A DNA stretch of 63,987 bases, the filler included, from Octopus bimaculoides (Eukaryota): assembly GCF_001194135.2 (NCBI RefSeq). It is 5 parts of 5 records of this genome, joined end to end, with 100 filler letters (N's around TTAATTAATTAA, not from the genome) between each part and the next. Parts side by side here need not be neighbours in the genome. Positions count along the whole stretch, not along the records: positions 34,044 to 54,729 come from NC_068982.1; 4 more parts are not named here. One strand, 5' to 3'. Every line of letters begins with the position of its first letter. Positions within the stretch are counted from its first letter, which is position 1. The position numbers were made by a program, and so were the translations under genes. Positions 40,420-52,179 of the stretch are shown here, one piece after another. Below the pieces are notes generated by a model. That model was not told where the DNA came from. It was given only the letters and a program-made list of their open reading frames with translations, and ran no database searches.

Positions 40420-40935
40420 TCATCATTTAATGCCCACTCTCCATGCTGGCATGGGTTAGATGATTTGACTTGAGCTGATGAGCTGGAGAGCTGCACTAGG
40501 TTCCAGTCTGATTTGGGAAGGTTTTTATGGCTGGATGTCCTTCCTAATGCTAACCACTCCAGGAGTGTAATGGGTGCTTTTATGTGCCACTGGCATGGAT
40601 GCCATTTACATTGTACCAGCAGTGACCATGACTACAATTTATAGCGCCATTTACATGACGCCAGCAACAATCACGATTCATGGGTACCCTTTACATGGTA
40701 CCAGTAATGACCATGACTATGATTCATGGGTGCCATTTACATGGCACTGTCAACGACTACAACTATGATTCACGGGTGACATTTACAAGGCACTGACAAT
40801 GGCCCGACTGATTTCATGGGCGTCATTTACATGGCACTGGCAATGGCCATGGATATGATTTCACAGATGCCATTTACATGACATTGGCACAGCCACAACT
40901 CTAATTTCACTTGGCCTGACAAGTCTTCCCATGCA
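40420..40935 (-). mobile_element. RTE 3'-tail copy with expanded ~46-bp subrepeat
   Basis: RTE tail followed by about 7 diverged units of gccatttacatggcactggcaatgaccatgactatgattcatgggt (40598-40915). Confidence 0.75.
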
Positions 40936-40940
40936 CAGTA

Positions 40941-43900
40941 TCATCATCATCATCATTTAACATCCACTTTCCATGCTAGCATAGTTTGGCTGGCTTGACT
41001 GAGGATTGACAAGGCAGGAGGTTGTACCAGGTTCCAATCTGATCTGGCAAGGTTTCTACAGCTTCCTAATGTAAATCACTCCGAGAGTGTAGTGGGTGCT
41101 TTTTACATGCCCTTGGCATGGGGGCCAGTCAGGCAGCACTGGCATTGACCACACCTGAATGGTGCTTTTTATGTGCCACTGGCACAGGAGCCAGTCAGGT
41201 GACACTAGCATTGGCCATGCTCAAATGGTGCTTTTTATGTGCCACGGGCACAGGTGCCAGTCAGGTTTCTCAAGTACAGCATATTGCCCAATAATTGAAG
41301 GGTACTTTTAAACGGGCTGGTTATGGAACACTCGCACTGGCAGCTTGCTGGGTTTTCTCAAGCACAACATATCTCCAAAGGTCTTGGTCACTTGTCATTA
41401 TCTCTGTGAGGCCCAATGTTTAAAGGTCATGCTTCACCACCTCATCCCATGTCTTCTTGGGTCTACCTCTTCCACAAGTTCCCTCCACTGTTAGGGTGTG
41501 ACACTTCTTCACACATCTATCTTCATCCATATGCAACACATCACATCTGATGCTTACACTCTGTCATGTATGCACACTAACATTACACATCCAGCGGATC
41601 ATACTAGCTTCATTTCTTTCAAGCCTAAACATGTCCTCAGCAGTCACAGCCCATGTTTCACTGCCATGTAGCTTGGTTGTTCACACACATGCATCATACA
41701 GTCTATCTTTCACTCTGAGTGAGAGGCCCTTGGTAGGAGCTCTCTGAACTTTGTCTAGACTATTCTTATTGTAGCAGCATCCACCCCTACTACTGACTTG
41801 GTCATCTAGGTAACGGAAGCCATCAACTACTTCTAGTTTTTCTGCCTGGTATGTGATGGAATCTGTTTTCTGTACATCTTCAGTGTTTATTGCCCCTGTG
41901 CATCTGCCACACACAAAAACTATCTTACCAGTTAACCTTCCTTTGATATTGCTGCACCTCTTTGTGTTCATTACTGGGTATATCTTATGAAGATTCTCCC
42001 TACACCTTTTCTACAGCTCGAGCAGGGTCATCTACCTGAAGAGATTTGTGATTTGTATGCCTTCCTACTTACTAAGACTTTGATTTTTGCTAGATTGACT
42101 CTAAGGCCCTTCGATCCTAGACCTTGCTTCCACACCTGAAATTTCTTCTCTAGTTCTGGTAGTGACTCAGCTATTTGAGCAAGGTCATCAGCATAGAAGA
42201 GCTCTTAGGGACATCCTGTCTTAAATTCCTCTGTTATTGCCTGGAAGACTATGATGAATAAGAGGGGACTGAGGACATTCCAGGTGAACGCTTACTTCTA
42301 CCCAGAATTCACTATACTCATTCCCAACCCTTACCTTACCGACAGCATCCCTGTACATGACTTGTACAGCTCTCACCAACCTCTCATCTATCCGTAGATT
42401 CTGCATTGACCACCAGATAAAGGATGGGGGGACCCTGTCAAAGGGTCTCTCCATGTCAACGAAAGTTGTCTTACCAGAAATATAGCATCAGTGGTGCTTC
42501 TCCTTGGCTCAAACCAAAACAGCATCTCATGTAAGCTCTCTCCCTAATTAGTTGGGCTATGACCCTTTCTGTAACTTTCTTCACCTGATCCAACAATTTG
42601 ATACCTCTGTAATTATTCCTATCTAATGTGTCACCTTTACCTTTGTAGCAGTTGACTATGGTGCTGCTACACCAGTCATTGAGTATGACTCCTTCATGTA
42701 TCACCTGGCTGACTATACGGGTGACTAGACTATAGCCTACACTGTCAGATATCTTAAGCATCTCAGCAGTGATTCCTGATGGGCCAGGGGCTTTCCCTGT
42801 CTTCTTACCCTTAATTGCTTTATCTACCAAGGTACTGTCAATTCGAATAGCTGGTCCCTCTGTTGGATTGACATTTGGCAGACTCTCTTTCTCCCATTCA
42901 GCAACCTTTCATAGTGGCATCTCTAAGTCTCTCTCTTTGCAGCATCATTAAATGCAAGTGAGCCATCATCCATGTGAATTCATTTCTCTCCTACGACATC
43001 ATGATTCTCTCTCACACACTATCTTGCACTTCAAGTCTCTGGTCCTCATGATGCAGAACACTGTCAAAGTTTTTCTACTTTCCCTCTGGCTAAGTAAACC
43101 TGTCTTCTAGCTTCCCTTCTGGCAATCTGATACAGTTCCCTGCTAACACCACACTTCCAGTCCTTCCATGCCTGTTTCTTTCCCTAATGGCCCTGTCAAC
43201 TACATTGTTCCACCACCATGTTACCTTAGATCAAGAGGGGACTTTGCACCAGTCACAGATCTGGCCAATAACCCTCAACAGGTTGTCTTGTAGGAACCTC
43301 CAGTTTTCCTCCACATTATGTGATGCTATATCCTCCTCTTTTTTGTCAAAAACTTCAAGTAATATGTCTCTAAATCTCTGTCCATTTGGAAGATCTTTAA
43401 GCTTCCAGACCCTTCTTTTCGATGCTGGTATTCTTCTGGGCAGCCATTTAACCCTGATCCTGAAGTCGCTAACTACTAACCTATGTTGTGAGGTGCATTC
43501 TTCACCTGGGAAAGTTTTGGCATTTATAGGTAGCCATCTTTCCCATTTCCTGGTGAGAATGCAGTCAATCTGATTAGTTTGCCCACTAGACTGGTAGGTG
43601 AACAGGTGACTGGCAGATTTCCTGAAGTTAGTGTTACAGATCATAAGATGATTTGCATCACAGAACTCTAGCAGCCTGGTTCCCTCCTCATTGCAGGAAC
43701 CAAATCCGTTGCCATCATGTACACCATGGAAGCTCCCTGGATGTTGTCCAACATGTCTGTTGAAGTCACCAGCCACAAAGAAAAGGTCCCTATCATTCAT
43801 TGACAAGGTAGTCTGCAAGAGGGTGTCATAAAATTGGTCTTTCTGCCCATCCAGTAGCCCTGGCTGAGGAGCATAGCTGGGATAATGGTTGCTAATCCAT

Positions 43901-44620
43901 GTTGCAGCACTAGTCTAAGCTTAAGTATTCTATCACAGACTCTGACTACCTCGATTACCTTATCAACACATTTCTCTGCAAGGAGCATACCCATGCCCCC
44001 AACCCCATCAGTGTTCTCCACCCAGAAAATCTTATACCTATGTTCTTTGCCTGTGAGGAACCTAGCAGAACTTCCTCTCCACCTTATTTCTTGACTTCTT
44101 GGATGCAGCACCAATTGACACATCTCCATTCAAGCATCTCAGCAATCTCACCAAACTTACCTTTCAATGTGCCGTTAAGTGTGCCAACTCTGAGGGTGTG
44201 GAAGGTGTGGGATGGGGGACAGCAACATTATGCATCTGAAAAGGAAGCTCGCATTTGGCAGATCTTGTAAATATATAAATAGCCTTCTACCCGCATTCAC
44301 TACACCATCATTTTATTCACTACATTATCACTATGTTCAACAGGAAGTAAACACTAGGTAGGGATGGAGGGGGAAGGGAGGGGAAAGTGTTCCGTATACT
44401 AAGCCATTAGAAGTGTTCAAGAGAAAGACATCTGGTAGAGGTCAGAGGATAAAGACTTCTGGTAAAGGTGGCGGGGTGGAATGGGAGAGCGCATTGTGAA
44501 CGGCAAAGCACTGTGGTTACCTGGTGGGATGGAAGGGCGTACTGCAAACAGTAAAGCACTGTGGCTGCTCTATTCCTTAGCTGAAGCTGATGTGGCAGAG
44601 CCAGAGATAAAGTGAGATAC
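40941..44620 (-). mobile_element. Near full-length RTE-clade LINE (APE endonuclease + RT), internally deleted and frameshifted
   Basis: APE: LRVGTLNGTLKG, WCCIQE, GVGGMGMLLAEK, VAGDFNRHVG, QIDCILTR, TSQHRLVVSDF. RT: KAPGPSGITAEMLK, NYRGIKLLDQV, MERPFDRVP, YADD-equivalent region decayed. 3'UTR and (GAT)n tail at 40941. The 5' boundary is approximate. Confidence 0.92.
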
Positions 44621-44714
44621 TAATTAACAATTAACATGGGAAAAGCAAGTGGTTAATGAAACAGAGAGAGAGAGAGAGGGAGAGTGGTGAAATTTTCCAG
44701 AATTAAGGCTAGTC

Positions 44715-45150
44715 GAAAACAAAATATGAAGAGATGGAATTTTCAAGTGATGTTTCTCTGTCCGTTATGTTTTTATGTTCGCTAACTCCTCCTAGACTGT
44801 TGGAGCGAGGACAACGAAACTCAAACCAGCAACTCCCTTAATCCCAGGAGGTGTCCTAAGAGAGTCTATTTTTTTAAGGGCCACCTGATTGGGGCCTCAC
44901 TGAACCCCCTATTCTTACTGCCTTTTAAACTAAATACATAGCATTGGTGACTGAATCGGAGCAATGACAATGAATTTCGTACCATGACTGGGGGGGGGGG
45001 GCAATTTCTGAAGGGCTGCTTAAATGGGGTCTCACTGACCCCCACTATTTTTACTGCATTTACCTTGCTCCTATGCTTATTGATTAAACTATGGTCAGCA
45101 TCAGTACTTAGCAGGAGCTAGCCAGAGTGTCATCCAAAGGGCAGCTTGAG
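44715..45150. repeat. Unclassified interspersed repeat, possibly HINE-like
   Basis: Contains ctctgtccgttatgtttttatgttcgctaactcctcctagactgttggagcg (DINE/HINE-like phrase) and an internal direct repeat ggggcctcactgaacccctattcttactgc / ggggtctcactgacccccactatttttactgc. Confidence 0.3.
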
Positions 45151-45471
45151 CACTATAAAGTGAAACAGAAGTGAACATTTAAAACTATGAATGTTATAAG
45201 TGGTCTAATTTCTTCTAATAGAAATACTACCTATGCCCATGTAAGCAGCAGTACATTTTTCTCTTTTACTCTTTTACTTGTTTCAGTCATTTGACTGCAG
45301 CCATGCTGGAGCACTACCTTAAAGGGTTTTTAGTCAAAGAAATCGACCCCAGGACTTATTCTTTGTAAGCCTAGTGCTTATTCTATCAGTTTCTTTTGCC
45401 GAACTGCTAGGTTATAGGGATGTAAACACTAACATTGCTTGTCAAGCGAGAAGGTGGGGCAAACACAGACT

Positions 45472-45509
<38 letters not shown>

Positions 45510-46334
45510 ACAGGCTTCTTTCAGTTTCCCTATACCAAATCCACTCACAAGGCTTTGGTTGGCCTGAGGCTATAGTAAAAGACACTTGCCCAAGGTGTCA
45601 CACAGTGGGACTGAACCCATATGGTTGGGAAGCAAGCTTCTTAACACACAGACATACCTGCGCCTCTGTTTACTTTATTAAGAAGACGAAATTTTTACCA
45701 AAACATATAAAACTATTTTAATTCAAGCCCCAAAACACTCCTTGAATGCAAATTGTTTCAGTTTATGAGATCAAGATATCAGAGTTGTGGATAAACCAAG
45801 TTTGATGGCCTACTGACTAATCATTTATTAATTTTAGTTAATCATTTTCCTGTTGTTTGTGGGACATACTCCAATATTTTCTGTACTTGACATGTTGAGT
45901 CTCACACCAAATGTTCTCTTTCTGCTAAATCAGTTTATGTACTATACTAAGTTGTCTTTGGACATCTAAGTTTCCACTTTTAAGTGGTTTTCGTGCATTG
46001 TATTGTGGATCATTGCAAAATGGGTTAAGATTTCTTTTCTGTAATTGTTATACTGTCTCTCAAAAAGCCATTTACCTTGGACAGAACAAATTGCAATTTG
46101 TTCCATATCTTTTTATATGTATATACAGCTACTAGAGCATTGACAAGTGTCTATTATTTCATATTTTTAAAACTTATTTATCGTTGCATAAATAGTGTGA
46201 GAAATGCAGAAAAAGCATGCTATAGAAATAAATATAAACAAAATTTAAAGATAAGAAAAATTATTACTGTTACTACATACAGAAAAAAAACAAAGAATGT
46301 GACTTTCTATAGTTGCAATGCTAAGCTCAGACCC

Positions 46335-46550
46335 TCTTCATCATCATCATCATCATCGTTTAACGTCCGCTTTCCATGCTAGCATGGGTTGGACGATTTG
46401 ACTGAGGACTGGTGAAACCGGATGGCAACACCAGGCTCCAATCTAATTTGGCAGAGTTTCTACAGCTGGATGCCCTTCCTAACGCCAACCACTCAGAGAG
46501 TGTAGTGGGTGCTTTTACGTGTCACCCGCACGAAAACGGCCACGAAAACG
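46335..46550 (-). mobile_element. Young RTE 3'-tail copy
   Basis: Nearly identical to the 33765-33943 and 29305 copies; (CAT)n at its left edge. Confidence 0.9.
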
Positions 46551-46899
46551 GCCTCTTACAGGTATATATAACCTTAGAGAGACATGAGCTCTGTTAGAAT
46601 GACAAAATCATGTTGGTGTTGTAATGAGCCTTTGTGTACAGGTTGTCTACTTCATCAGTCCTTATTAACTATGTGAACTTTTTTTTTTCTTTAATTATCA
46701 ATTGCAGTTTTCATAGTAAATCAAATTTTCTGAGAAAATAGCATCTTACTGGTAATTTATCATTATCTTTACTTTTTCCTACTTTATTCAATAAGTCTTA
46801 CTTTATTTCAATAACTTTGAATAAACCTACCCTCTATTATTTATCTATATATAAACTATTTAACTTGTGAACTTCTGCTTTAATTTCTCTTAATTGCAG

Positions 46900-47005
46900 G
46901 AAGATATTGTTTCTGTTGAGAGTCTTGACAAAGTTATGTCTGAAGGTCTAGGTTTTCGCTATGCTTTCATTGGTCCATGGGAAACTGCTTACTTAAATGC
47001 TAATG
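46900..47005 (+). CDS. CRYL1: CRYL1 internal exon (106 nt)
   Basis: ttgcag|GAAGAT...AATG|gtaaga. Reads EDIVSVESLDKVMSEGLGFRYAFIGPWETAYLNAN(G), matching CRYL1 [36 protein letters not shown]; ends in phase 1. Confidence 0.96.
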
Positions 47006-47639
47006 GTAAGAACACATTAATCAAAATGTATCAATTTCTATGGTTTCTTTCACATTTGGATTTTCATCACTTCTTTTAGTTTCAATCTTCATTTCTTCAA
47101 AATCTAAAATAACTGATTAATTTAAAACTTCATTAGTTTATTCTAAGTGAATACAATTAATGTTTTCCTGCATAGATTTAGGCTGTTAAATTCCAGTAAA
47201 CAAGATTTTATGGATTATGTATAAAGATATTACGTTCATGTTCTCTCATTTGATAATGTAATTCTAGAAAATGTTAAAATAGTGCCTGTGTGGTAAGAAG
47301 TTTGCTTCCCAACCACATTGTTCCAGGTTCAGTCTACTTCATGACACCTTGGGCAAATGTCTTCTTTTATAGCTTTGGGCCGACCAAAACCTTGTGAGTG
47401 GATTTGGTAGATGGAAACTGAAAGAAGCCTATTGTGTGTGCTTTTGTGCCTGTGTTTGTCTCCCATCACCACTTGACAAGCAGTATTGGTGTGGTTACAT
47501 CCCTGTAACTTAGTAGTTTGGCAAAAGAGAATGATAGAATAAGTACCAGGCACAAAAAAAGTATGGGGTTTGATTCATTCTTCAAAGCATGGCCACAGTC
47601 TAATGACTAAAACATGTAAAATGATAATAATAATAATAA

Positions 47640-48145
47640 TTGTAAAGAATAAAAAGTTTTGAATGGTACAACAATGCACTATAATATTTAAAAAATGGAC
47701 TGTATACCTGTTGTAATTTAGTTATCTATAGTCTGATGATATTTTGGAATACAATTCCTTCTTCAGATCTTAAACTCCCTAGCAATTGTGAACTCGGCCT
47801 GGCCCAGGCTTAGAGATAAGAGAGTATTGTAGTTCACTTGAAACATTGTGTAATGTTTGTAAAGAATAAAAAGTTTTGTTTATATTATAGTGCATTGTTG
47901 TACCATTCAAAACATTTTATTCTTTACAAACATTACACAATGTTTCAAGCGAACTACAATACTCTCTTATCTCTATGCTGGGCCAGGCCGAGTTCACAAT
48001 TGCTAGGGAGTTGAAGATCTGAAGAAGGAATTGTATTCCGAAATATCATTGGACTATAGATAACTAAATTACAACAAATATATAGTCCATTTTTTTAATA
48101 TTATAGTGCATTGTTGTACCATTCAAAACTTTTTATTCTTTACAA
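47640..48145. repeat. About 505-bp near-perfect palindrome (fold-back) flanked by (AAT)n
   Basis: Arms 47640-47878 and 47908-48145 are reverse complements with about 12 differences by eye; 29-bp spacer. Confidence 0.95.
48016..48050 (+). ncRNA. Minimal hammerhead ribozyme-like motif
   Basis: GAT-CTGAAGA-A-GGAAT-tgt-ATTCC-GAAA-TATC-ATT: both core boxes, 5-bp stem II, ATAT palindromic stem III, AUC triplet; stem I is weak. The mirror copy on the minus strand (about 47737-47769) has G12 changed to A. Confidence 0.5.
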
Positions 48146-48835
48146 TAATAATAATGTATAATCATCATTTTAAAAATCTCTAAAAATCTTTTTACTGTGA
48201 TTATGCTGGGGCACCACCTTGAATTTTTTGTTGAATGAAGTGACCCCCAGTTCTTTTTTTTAATTTTTTAAAGTCTGGTACTTATTTTATCTTTCTCTTT
48301 TGATGAACAGCTAAATTACAGGGGACATAAACACACCAACACTGATTGTCAAGCGGTAGTGGGGGACAAACAGACACAGACACACACATAGATATATATA
48401 TGTATACAACAGGCTTCTTTCAGTTTCTGTCTACCAAATTCACTCATGAGGCTTTGGTCATCCTGAGGCTATAGTAGAAGACACTTGCCCAAGGTACCAT
48501 GCAGTGAGATCTGGAACCATGTGGTTGGGAAGCAAATTTCTTACCCACAGCTATGCCTATCTAATAATAATATTAATTCATGTGCATTGGCTTGATCACT
48601 TGTTGCATCTTCAGCTTACCTCTCTTACTACAATGTCAATACTACTTATTACAAAGAAATGTGCCTAGTTGAACTGGCTCATTGAAAGTTAACATTCTTG
48701 TCGGGTAAACATCACAGCATCATTTCACTCATATCTGTAAAAATGCTAGTGTTTTTTACAGTTTTTATGTTAGTTGCATTATGAATCAAATTATTTTTCT
48801 AAAATTCATGTAATGTATTGGATTTTATTTTTCAG

Positions 48836-49062
48836 GGATGCTGGATTATGCTGAACGATATGCTGATACAATTTACTGTGTGCAAAAAACCTTTTCTCCA
48901 CCAGAAAAAATTGAAGGGCCTATTCTGGAACGTATTCAGAGGGAGCTCTCAGCCAAAGTGCCAATGTCAGATTTGGATAAACGCCGTAAATGGAGAGACA
49001 GTCATATGGCAGGCTTAGCCAAACTGAAGAAAAATATGAGTTCTGAATTTTCAACTATATAG
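48836..49062 (+). CDS. CRYL1: CRYL1 terminal coding exon
   Basis: tttcag|GG completes the Gly codon, then MLDYAERYADTIYCVQKTFSPPEKIEGPILERIQRELSAKVPMSDLDKRRKWRDSHMAGLAKLKKNMSSEFSTI*. Matches CRYL1 MLSYCDRY...RRQWRDECLMRLAKLK. Confidence 0.95.
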
Positions 49063-49749
49063 TTCTTGTTTAAACTATCAACACCTCTTTAACAGAGTTT
49101 TCTACACTACACAGTACAAAGAAACATTCTCTTTTTTCTTTTTTCTATTTTTTCTATTTTTAATTGATAAATTATCTTTTTAATCACTTAACTTGCCATA
49201 ATGGAAACATTTAGCAAAGAATTTCTTCTTTATTTTCCTTTGAAACAAATATTTTTCTATTATCCCTTACTTGGATGTCACACTTTCATGGAAGTAGGAA
49301 GTCAATCAAACATCCCAACGTATTACCATTACTTATTTTATCAATTCTCTAAGGTTATAAGACAAAGTTAACTTTGATAGTATCTGAAACTAGTACATAA
49401 AAGGATGTTACTGAATATAATAAAGCAGTTTGCCTAGTATTCTACTTGTGTCAGTCCACTACCTTCAGAATATTGATAATTTTGGAAAAAGAAACAATAC
49501 TTTTATAAACTTACATTAATATTATGTATTATTATGATGCACAAATTTTCTGTAAACTACAATTCTTTACACAATGCTTTTTTCTTTTTATCATGAAATG
49601 CTATTAGCCTTTATAATTTACCACAGAATTAATCATGCCATATATTTCAAACTGTCTTACTTGTTTAATGCTCTCAAACTGACAGTTTTCAAATTAAAAC
49701 TATTTTTTGATATGTGATTTCTGACAGAAGAAATAGATGGTGCTTAAAG

Positions 49750-50640
49750 GTCATATTGTACAAACTGGCTGAGCCAAAAGTTGGGGGAACACCTAACCAC
49801 CTTTGCACAAGTTACTGCACAATCTCTTGTTTGCCACCACTTGAGCCATGGCCAAATCATATAGCAAGAATGGTCATTGCAGTCTGGATATGATAACCAT
49901 AACAGAAGTACCGTACTTTAAACATCCAAAGTAGCTGACTTTCATCAACTGCCTGAGCTAGTTGTTTAGTTGAGTCTTGGTGTTGTCCTTAAAGATAGTC
50001 ATAATTCTTCCCAAGGCATCAGGTTCCTTTTGCTTTGATTGCTGGAATCTTAGACATCTGAATGCTGAAGATGTTATTTATCAGCCTTCGTTTATGGATA
50101 CTCAGGTTCTGAGATTTTGCTGGATTGGATTTCATATGTGACCATGTGGCTATCTTTTGTAGTGAGCTCAAGTTCTGCTATAGCCCTTGGAGTGATAGTG
50201 TCATGATTATTATGTCATTCATGAAGGCCTTGCTGCTTGTTAGTTTTACCTTCATTCATGCCAGAGGCATCTTGGCATACCTGGTCTATTGCTTGTACCA
50301 AGATTTTTATCTTTCTGGTTGCATCACCTATAAGAATATCATCCAGAATGATGTCCATCTTCTTGAATCCCTTTGGATTTTCAGATTCACCAACTCTTCT
50401 TATTCTCTGAGCAGGTTGAGCAGAGAGATCCTGGGTACTATAGTTTGCCACCTGTCAGTCAAAAGACTGACAAACAGTTCTAATGCTCCTAAAAATAGGC
50501 CTCTGGGTAGTATCAGATGCTTTTCATTACTGTCGTTGCTCTCCACATTTCTATCTACCTTGGTGAATCTTCATACCATGTCTACTTTTAAATACTTCAC
50601 TACAAATGCTGGATGTTAACTTAGATGAGTATGGCTGTCT
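49750..50640 (-). mobile_element. HERO/NeSL-like RLE LINE remnant with a large internal deletion
   Basis: Minus strand: Zn-finger remnant ICSEVFKSRHGMKIHQGR*KC; MDIILDDILIGDATRKIKILVQAI; later IPAIKAKGT*CLGKNYD...SRLQ*PFLLYDLAM and RWLGVPPTFGSASLY. These resemble HERO-clade motifs as I recall them. Confidence 0.6.
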
Positions 50641-50664
50641 CTAATAAATCTTATTTCTGTTTTG

Positions 50665-50808
50665 TTTAGGGCATCCAGCTGTAGAAACTGCCAAATCAGA
50701 TTGGAGCCTGGTGTAGCCATCTGGTTTCACCAGTCCTCAGTCAAATCGTCCAACCCATGCTAGCATGGAAAGCGGACGTTAAACGACGACGATGATGATG
50801 ATGATGAT
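50665..50808 (+). mobile_element. RTE 3'-tail copy
   Basis: gggcatccagctgtagaaactgccaaatcag...cggacgttaaacgacgacgatgatgat. Confidence 0.9.
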
Positions 50809-50809
50809 A

Positions 50810-51378
50810 ATGCTATTATTATGACATCTTTTCAGTCCTTTGGTACTTCACTGTCCCCCTGGATTTCCAAAATTAGGTTATGCATAATTTTCGCTAATCT
50901 TTCACCACCAAATTGAGAGATCTCTGCAAAAAAATCTGTCTTTTTCAGCAGCTTTTCTATGATTAAGTTTCTTGATGTCATTTTGTACTACTTCCTCTAT
51001 GGTTGGTGGATCATTAAGAATGGATGGTCTTCACTGAATATTTTCAATGTCAGTAGGCCCTATTTGAGATTTAACACTGCCAACTCATTAAAATGTTCAT
51101 TCCATTTATATCTTCCAAGATATGCTTTCTTTGTCAGAAAGATCTCTCCCATCTTTAGAATTTGTAGAATTTGGTCCAAAGGTTTGCTTTATCTAACTAT
51201 AAATCACCTTTGTGATTTTTGCATTAGCTGCTGTTTGCATGTTGGTCACCAGTCTCAACCACCAGTTTTACTGCATAATTTGCAGAGTGTGTTGAGCTAT
51301 GGCAATTACATGCTTGGAATTTTCTTCCAACTGAAGTCTCTTTTTCTTTAATATTCCTTGCAGCATTTTATTCTGTAT

Positions 51379-51417
<39 letters not shown>

Positions 51418-51780
51418 AAAGCATTGTTTTATAGCTTGGTGATTTTCATCAAACCAGTCTCTACTCTTTGCTGGAGGTTTCCCAAGAATTTCATTAGCTG
51501 CATCATGAAGTTCATCTCTGACAACATCCTATGATGATGTGTTGTTTATTGATGCAATATATTCTTGTTGAGCATCTTGTACAGTGCTATTCTTGAAAAG
51601 GGCCGCTCAGATACCAGTTGAACATCAAAGTCTCACCATTGCCTAATTTGATGACAAATGACTTTATATCTACCAAATTCCACTTTATGTACAAGTCAGC
51701 AACTACATGCTTCCAGTTTGTCAGGCCTGTACATGTCACTGCTTTCCATTGCCAAAGGACTTCAAAATCCACCCAGTTAT
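50810..51780 (-). mobile_element. RTE-BovB-like LINE remnant (linker and RT start)
   Basis: Minus strand: RDELHDAANEILGKPPAKSRDWFDENHQAI; NWWLRLVTNMQTAANAK; KWNEHFNEL; PPTIEEV; FAEISQFGGERLAKIMHNLILEI...EVPKD*KDVIII. Confidence 0.75.
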
Positions 51781-52179
51781 CAAAGGTAATGTCAGTCAGC
51801 AATACTGTGCTGAAATTTAAAGTCAGTAACCGCTTAACACCATTGAGACTCTCCTATAAAGCTATGTAGTCTAGAAGCAAGCAAGAGTAAAGTTTCTGGC
51901 TTTGCAATGAGATAGGTGTTTTAGAATTTTCTCCTCCTTGACATTTGCTCCAACAGAAACTTGGGGAATGACACTCTCACTGGCTAATCATGCTCATTTG
52001 ATATTTCTATGTCTTCACAGAGGAGTGGACATAGAGATGTAAACATATATGTTGGGTAAAAATAAGAAGTAAAATAAGAATTATCTGTTAATAAACTATT
52101 TACAAGATATGAGCATATAAAAAAAGAATAGTAATTAAGAATATATTCTACAGAGTTAACACATGGTACAAAGCTGATA

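Noticed and set aside
34762-49062. A lens-crystallin role implied by the name lambda-crystallin
   Set aside because: The name derives from the rabbit lens protein. Cephalopod lens crystallins are known to be GST-derived S-crystallins and ALDH-derived omega-crystallin. The sequence supports only the enzyme family.
49419-49424. AATAAA as the CRYL1 polyadenylation signal
   Set aside because: It lies in decayed SINE-like, very AT-rich sequence where the hexamer is expected by chance; it cannot be assigned without 3'-end data.
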